NCBI GenBank assembly: GCA_016839265.1 | Contig: JAEOUO010000002.1 | Span: 120,001-152,000, forward strand | DNA: 32,000 bases | Source: Candidatus Odinarchaeota archaeon | GTDB taxonomy: Archaea > Asgardarchaeota > Odinarchaeia > Odinarchaeales > Odinarchaeaceae | Direction of reading: 5' to 3' | In this document: piece after piece, positions 27,635 to 32,000 of the stretch | Numbering within the stretch: position 1 is the stretch's first letter | How the letters are laid out: each line of letters begins with the position of its first letter | The notes under the pieces: generated by a model | The model's database searches: none | What the model saw: the letters and a program-made list of their open reading frames with translations, nothing else | Told to the model about the DNA's origin: nothing | Made by a program: the position numbers and the translations under genes

Positions 27635-27730
27635 ACCCGAACCTCTTAAAAAATGAAAACCTATAAAAACCTAAAAAAATATTATCTAAAACTATTTAAA
27701 ACAATTACTAAAAGCACAGGGGAATAACCA

Positions 27731-27943
27731 ATGCAAGTTCGAACTGTTTGCAACAGATGCGGTAAAAACATTTACTTAAACATTGAACCAGAACATTTAA
27801 ACGAGGAGAAAGGCGGAATATTCCGCGCAGCTACTCAACACACCTGTAACGGTACACCTAGAATCCTCCTCCTATTCATAGATCAAAACCTATCCGTTAG
27901 AGGAGTAGAAAACGCCCCCCTAGTCACCTCCGAGGAAAAATAA
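27731..27943 (+). CDS. Small putative zinc-binding protein (70 aa)
   Basis: CNRC ... QHTC ... LFIDQNLSVRGVE; clean isolated ORF with AT-rich upstream region. Confidence 0.7.
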   Translation: MQVRTVCNRCGKNIYLNIEPEHLNEEKGGIFRAATQHTCNGTPRILLLFIDQNLSVRGVENAPLVTSEEK

Positions 27944-28018
27944 AACACCACGCCTCTCTGCTTTCACAAGCATCAGACAACATCACTTATATTATCAAAC
28001 TATAAAGTATAAAATAAG

Positions 28019-28546
28019 ATGTATATGATCCGTAGATGTGTCGAAAACGATTTTGAAGCCATTTATAACGTTATTAATGACGCTGCTAAAGCCTATAAAA
28101 ATATAATCCCCTCCACCTGTTACAGTGAACCATACATGTCTAGGGAAAAACTGAGGCGTGAAATTGAAAGCGGCGTAATCTTCTACGCATATGAATTAAA
28201 CAGTGAAGTACTAGCTGTGATGGGTCTTCAACACGTTGAAAACATATCTCTCATAAGACATGCCTATGTTCGAACAGATCATCAAAGACAAGGATTAGGC
28301 GGCAAACTCTTAGCATATCTTTTAAAACAGACCAGTAAACCTATATTAGTAGGAACCTGGCTGAAAGCCACTTGGGCGATCAACTTCTACCTGAAACACG
28401 GATTCACCCAACTACCAGTAGGAGAAAAAAAAAACAAGCTTTTAAAAAACTACTGGGAGATTCTGGAAATTCAAATCGAAAACTCCACAGTTCTCGCAGA
28501 TCAAAAATGGCTCAACGAGAAGAATAAAAATAAACATAACCTGTAA
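28019..28546 (+). CDS. GNAT family N-acetyltransferase
   Basis: Acetyl-CoA motif A (YVRTDHQRQGLGGKLL) and motif B (WAINFYLKHGF). Confidence 0.92.
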   Translation: MYMIRRCVENDFEAIYNVINDAAKAYKNIIPSTCYSEPYMSREKLRREIESGVIFYAYELNSEVLAVMGLQHVENISLIRHAYVRTDHQRQGLGGKLLAYLLKQTSKPILVGTWLKATWAINFYLKHGFTQLPVGEKKNKLLKNYWEILEIQIENSTVLADQKWLNEKNKNKHNL

Positions 28547-28651
28547 ATTATCAAAACACGTAAATATTAAAATCACTTGTAAACGGCTTACCGTCAACTA
28601 AAAAGAATACGCTAACATACTCACAGTCTAAAAAATAATCTTTTCTTTAAC

Positions 28652-28993
28652 TTATCTTAAACACTTTAACCCATCATATACTATTTTACCGTCTTCGAGC
28701 ATTTTTTTAATCACAGGGGTCTCTAACTCTTCAGGGGTGACGATGACAGCGTCAGCTGGAAGCTCCCCAGGTTTCAATTGATATACAACCTGATGGTCTC
28801 CGCTTGTTTTCTCTCTTAAAATAACTAACACGTCAAAATCACTCGACTCCCTGTTATCACCCCTCCCTCTGCTACCGAATAAAATAATCGACACCTCTCC
28901 ATTATATTCCTTTATCACTCTCTCCGTGAACTCTTCAAACATTCTCTGATAATCTAGTACACGCCGCCTTCTATAAGCGAAAATATCTGTCAA
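28652..28993 (-). CDS. Minimal nucleotidyltransferase (MNT), antitoxin-type
   Basis: ILFGSRGRGD..SSDFDVLVI; 113 aa; TTG start overlaps the HEPN stop (TTGA). Confidence 0.9.
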   Translation of the reverse strand: MTDIFAYRRRRVLDYQRMFEEFTERVIKEYNGEVSIILFGSRGRGDNRESSDFDVLVILREKTSGDHQVVYQLKPGELPADAVIVTPEELETPVIKKMLEDGKIVYDGLKCLR

Positions 28994-29361
28994 AGCTTTT
29001 CAACCCAGTTAATGATTTTTTTACACATCTCCAAACAGTTTTCAGCAAGACTTTTATCATAATTTACCCCTTTACTCCCAGGATACCTGCTCTCAATATA
29101 ATGAGGGGTTAAAAACTGAGCTGCAAACAAGATATCCTTAGGCAAATCAACGGATAAACACATACACAACTCGTTTAATAAAACTGCAAGATCATGTGTA
29201 AACGTGAAAGCCCCGCATCTATCTAATAATTTACCTTTCAAAAAAAACTCAGCCGCTTGATGAGCGTTAAAACAAGTAAACCAATATTTCCCTCTACTAA
29301 ACCCGCTTTCAGACTCCTCTAAAAACTCTCTACCCTTCCTAAGCCAACCACCTGAACTCAT
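28990..29361 (-). CDS. HEPN domain protein (archaeal HEPN-MNT pair)
   Basis: CFNAHQAAEFFLKG, FTHDL, YIESRYP; adjacent to MNT. Start probably ATG 29361; TTG 29379 is the alternative. Confidence 0.88.
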   Translation of the reverse strand: MSSGGWLRKGREFLEESESGFSRGKYWFTCFNAHQAAEFFLKGKLLDRCGAFTFTHDLAVLLNELCMCLSVDLPKDILFAAQFLTPHYIESRYPGSKGVNYDKSLAENCLEMCKKIINWVEKL

Positions 29362-29366
29362 ATAAA

Positions 29367-29531
29367 TCACTTTAAACAAGTAACTATAATAAATTCACCA
29401 ACACCACCATATAAACCCTCAACCTCACCTTCCACACCGCTTCCGCTGTACGGAGACCCCGCCGGCTCAGCTCTAATAAACCTGTAAAAAAACGCCAGAT
29501 AAGCGCACGCCAGCCGCTTCTCCTCCACCAT
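29367..29531 (-). pseudogene. 54-codon ORF whose first ~20 codons and upstream region are paralogous to the 22216-22740 gene (truncated paralogue or small protein)
   Basis: MVEEKRLACAYLAFFYRFIR versus MGEEERRLACEYVNLMYSFLR; same GGTGG SD 5 nt upstream. Not in the ORF track because it is too short. Confidence 0.6.
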
Positions 29532-29697
29532 CAAAACCACCGTTACAGTTATGTACGATTATTTGCGAAAACACCAATCTTTTATTTATTTTTTGGGATA
29601 TAACATTTACTTACTTGTGAGGCTGGCTTAATAAGCCCCCGCTTGCAGGTAACTATTCTCCTAAAGTTTTCAACGCTTAAATATCTTTTACTTTACC

Positions 29698-31896
29698 TTA
29701 AATTTTTAAATCAAACCGGTCAAGGTTCATAACTTTATCCCATGCTTTTATGAAATCTTGGATGAACTTCTCCTGTGCGTCGTCACTGGCGTAGACTTCG
29801 GCAACAGCTCTAAGTTCGTCATGATGTCCGAAAATAAGATCAACTCTGGTTGCACTCCACTTTAAAGAATTAGCTTCTCTTTCATATCCTTTAAACAGAT
29901 AACCGTTAGCATCCGCTCTTTCCCATTCTATTCTCATGTCAAGTAGGTTTACAAAGAAATCATTTGTTAAGACGCCGTGTGTTTCGGTTAGGACGCCGTG
30001 TTCTTTATATTTATAAGTGGCTCCTAAAACTCTTAAACCGCCTACCAGAACAGTCATCTCTGGAATAGTGAGAGTGAGTAGCTGCGCTTTATCTACAAGG
30101 AAGTATTCTGGAGTGGTGTAAACATCGTTTTCATCAATTGAACTAGGATCTTTGAAGTAGTTTCTGAACCCGTCGGCAAACGGTTCTATTTCTTTATAGA
30201 ATTCTTCTTCAACGTTTCCCTGCTCCGCGTCAACTCTTCCAGGAGTGAACGAGACTTTGATGTTAAACCCTGCTTTCCTAGCCGCTTCTTCTATCGCAGC
30301 GTAGCCTCCTAGAACTATTAAATCTGCAATTGAGACTTTTTTACCGCTGTCATTACTCTCTTGTTTTTCATTGAATTCTTTCTGAATTCTCTCATAAACT
30401 GATATTATATTCTTCAAGTCTTCTGGGTGGTTTACCTCCCACTGGTTCATTGGATATAATCTGATCCGTGCTCCGTTAGCACCACCTCTTCTATCAGAGT
30501 CTCTATAAGTTGAAGCTGAAGACCATGCAGTGTAAACAAGTTGGGGTATGCTAAGATTTAATTCGAGAATTCTTTTTTTAAGAACTTTAATATCGTTTTC
30601 ATCTATCAAATTATAGTCTCCTGCGGGAAGTGGATCCTGCCAGATGAACTCCTCTTTAGGAACATAGGTTCCAATATAACATCTTTTCGGCCCCATGTCT
30701 CTGTGAGTGAGTTTAAACCATGCTACTGCGAAAGCTCTCTCGAATTCCTCCGGGTTTTCGAGAAATCTTCTAGCTATCTTTGAATACTCTCTGTCGAATC
30801 GTAAAGCTAGATCCGCTGTAAGCATCCTAGGTTTATGTTTCTTATTCAAGTCAAACGGATCGGGGATTATCTCAGGAGCGTCCTTGGCAACCCACTGGTT
30901 TTTCCCATCCGGGCTCTTCTCTAACTCCCAATCATATTTAAAAAGAAAATTTAAATATTGGATACCAAATTTCGTCGGCTTCGGAGACCAGATAACTTCA
31001 AAACCGGAAGTATAAGTGTCTGAGCCTTTACCGCTTTTATACTTATATCTCCATCCGAGACCCATCTGTTCTACCGGCGAAGAACTAGGATCTTTACCAA
31101 GCTCTCTGCTTGAACCTGCACCGTGACATTTTCCAAACGCGTGGCCGCCTGCGATTAACGCAACCGTCTCCTCATCGCTCATACCCATCCTGGCGAAGGC
31201 GAGTCTAATCTCCTTCGCAGACTCCACCGGATTCGGATCCCCTCCCGGCCCCTCAGGGTTCACGTAAATAAGCCCCATCTCTGTAGCCGCAAACGGTTTT
31301 CTAAGCCCCCCATCCTTAAAACGCTCTCTACCTGTGAGCATCCGCTCCTCCGGACCCCAATCCGGGCTTTCATCCGGCCCAAAGATATCCTCTCTCCCAA
31401 GAGAGAAACCATATACTCTCACACCCATATCTTCAAGGGCAACAGTTCCAGCGAGAATAATAAGATCCGCCCAAGATAGTTTCCTCCCATACTTCTTTTT
31501 AATAGGCCAAAGCAACCTTATAGCTTTATCAAGCCCTATATTATCCGGCCAATTTATTCTCGGCGGAAACCTTATACCCCCACTTCTAGCACCACCCCTC
31601 CCATCATGAATCCTATAGCTACCCGCACTATGCCATGCTAAACGAATAAAAAGCGGACCGTAATGCCCAAAATCAGCCGGCCACCACCCCTTAGATTCCT
31701 TCATAAGCTTTTTCAAATCACTTACAACCGAATCAACATCAAGCGATTGAACCTCTCTCACATAATCATACCCAAACCCATACAAATCCTTATACCAACA
31801 ATCCTGATACAAAACCCTTAAATTCAACCGATTAGGCCACCAATCACTCACCCACCTTTTTCTCAAACCAATCCGCCACCCATATTTTACCCACAT
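29698..31896 (-). CDS. katG: Catalase-peroxidase
   Basis: WWPNRLNL, WWPADFGHYGPLFIRLAWHSAG, MGLIYVNPEG, AGGHAFGKCHG, WFKLTHRDMGP, WQDP, duplicated C-terminal domain. Confidence 0.98.
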   Translation of the reverse strand: MWVKYGWRIGLRKRWVSDWWPNRLNLRVLYQDCWYKDLYGFGYDYVREVQSLDVDSVVSDLKKLMKESKGWWPADFGHYGPLFIRLAWHSAGSYRIHDGRGGARSGGIRFPPRINWPDNIGLDKAIRLLWPIKKKYGRKLSWADLIILAGTVALEDMGVRVYGFSLGREDIFGPDESPDWGPEERMLTGRERFKDGGLRKPFAATEMGLIYVNPEGPGGDPNPVESAKEIRLAFARMGMSDEETVALIAGGHAFGKCHGAGSSRELGKDPSSSPVEQMGLGWRYKYKSGKGSDTYTSGFEVIWSPKPTKFGIQYLNFLFKYDWELEKSPDGKNQWVAKDAPEIIPDPFDLNKKHKPRMLTADLALRFDREYSKIARRFLENPEEFERAFAVAWFKLTHRDMGPKRCYIGTYVPKEEFIWQDPLPAGDYNLIDENDIKVLKKRILELNLSIPQLVYTAWSSASTYRDSDRRGGANGARIRLYPMNQWEVNHPEDLKNIISVYERIQKEFNEKQESNDSGKKVSIADLIVLGGYAAIEEAARKAGFNIKVSFTPGRVDAEQGNVEEEFYKEIEPFADGFRNYFKDPSSIDENDVYTTPEYFLVDKAQLLTLTIPEMTVLVGGLRVLGATYKYKEHGVLTETHGVLTNDFFVNLLDMRIEWERADANGYLFKGYEREANSLKWSATRVDLIFGHHDELRAVAEVYASDDAQEKFIQDFIKAWDKVMNLDRFDLKI

Positions 31897-32000
31897 TATT
31901 ATTAATCCCCATGTAAATTTAAATCTACTCTAAACAATCCCGCTAACCACAATAAACCTAAAATTAAAAAATACACAATCCCTCAAAAATACACCAACAA

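Noticed and set aside
28425-28434. A10 homopolymer in the GNAT gene as a phase-variation switch
   Set aside because: In frame (EKKN), and A8 runs occur elsewhere in this AT-rich DNA; no evidence of length variation from one sequence.
29621-29660. GGCTT-AAT-AAGCC hairpin and AAGCCCCCGC, faintly like an IS200/IS605 end
   Set aside because: Stem is only 5-6 bp, the second arm is missing, and no tnpA/tnpB remnant is nearby; could simply be a katG terminator.
30707-31609. 102-aa and 91-aa plus-strand ORFs
   Set aside because: Antisense shadows of katG.
1-32000. CRISPR arrays, rRNA, tRNA, integrases or transposases
   Set aside because: No regularly spaced repeats, RNA gene signatures or recombinase/transposase motifs were found by eye.

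Overview
AT-rich archaeal DNA, most likely from an Asgard archaeon of the Odinarchaeia (eukaryote-like tubulin, GGTG/GGAGG Shine-Dalgarno sites, frequent TTG starts, TATA-box promoters). 1-10.1 kb is a de novo purine operon (purL end, purF, purD, HAD hydrolase, PfkB kinase, purE, purB, purM, purP, GMP synthase glutaminase subunit). It is followed by an orphan gene, a single-chain aconitase, a degenerate Ski2/Hel308-like helicase carrying a SWIM zinc finger, and a stand-alone nucleotidyltransferase. The central highlight (16.2-21.4 kb) is a co-oriented block: P-loop-dead KaiC/RecA-like protein, 544-aa coiled-coil protein, OdinTubulin-like tubulin, and a ~482-aa coiled-coil protein with a basic amphipathic C-terminus. 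This is a candidate tubulin-based cytoskeletal module whose three partner genes I cannot assign to characterised families. The right third is a metal/redox/accessory region: HMA-thioredoxin fusion, orphan helical protein, YHS-CopA, MoeB/E1-like enzyme, B12 radical SAM, small Cys/His protein, GNAT, HEPN-MNT pair preceded by an unannotated 54-codon partial paralogue of the orphan helical gene, and catalase-peroxidase KatG. No rRNA, tRNA, CRISPR array or transposase was seen. All family calls come from motif recognition by eye; no searches were run.
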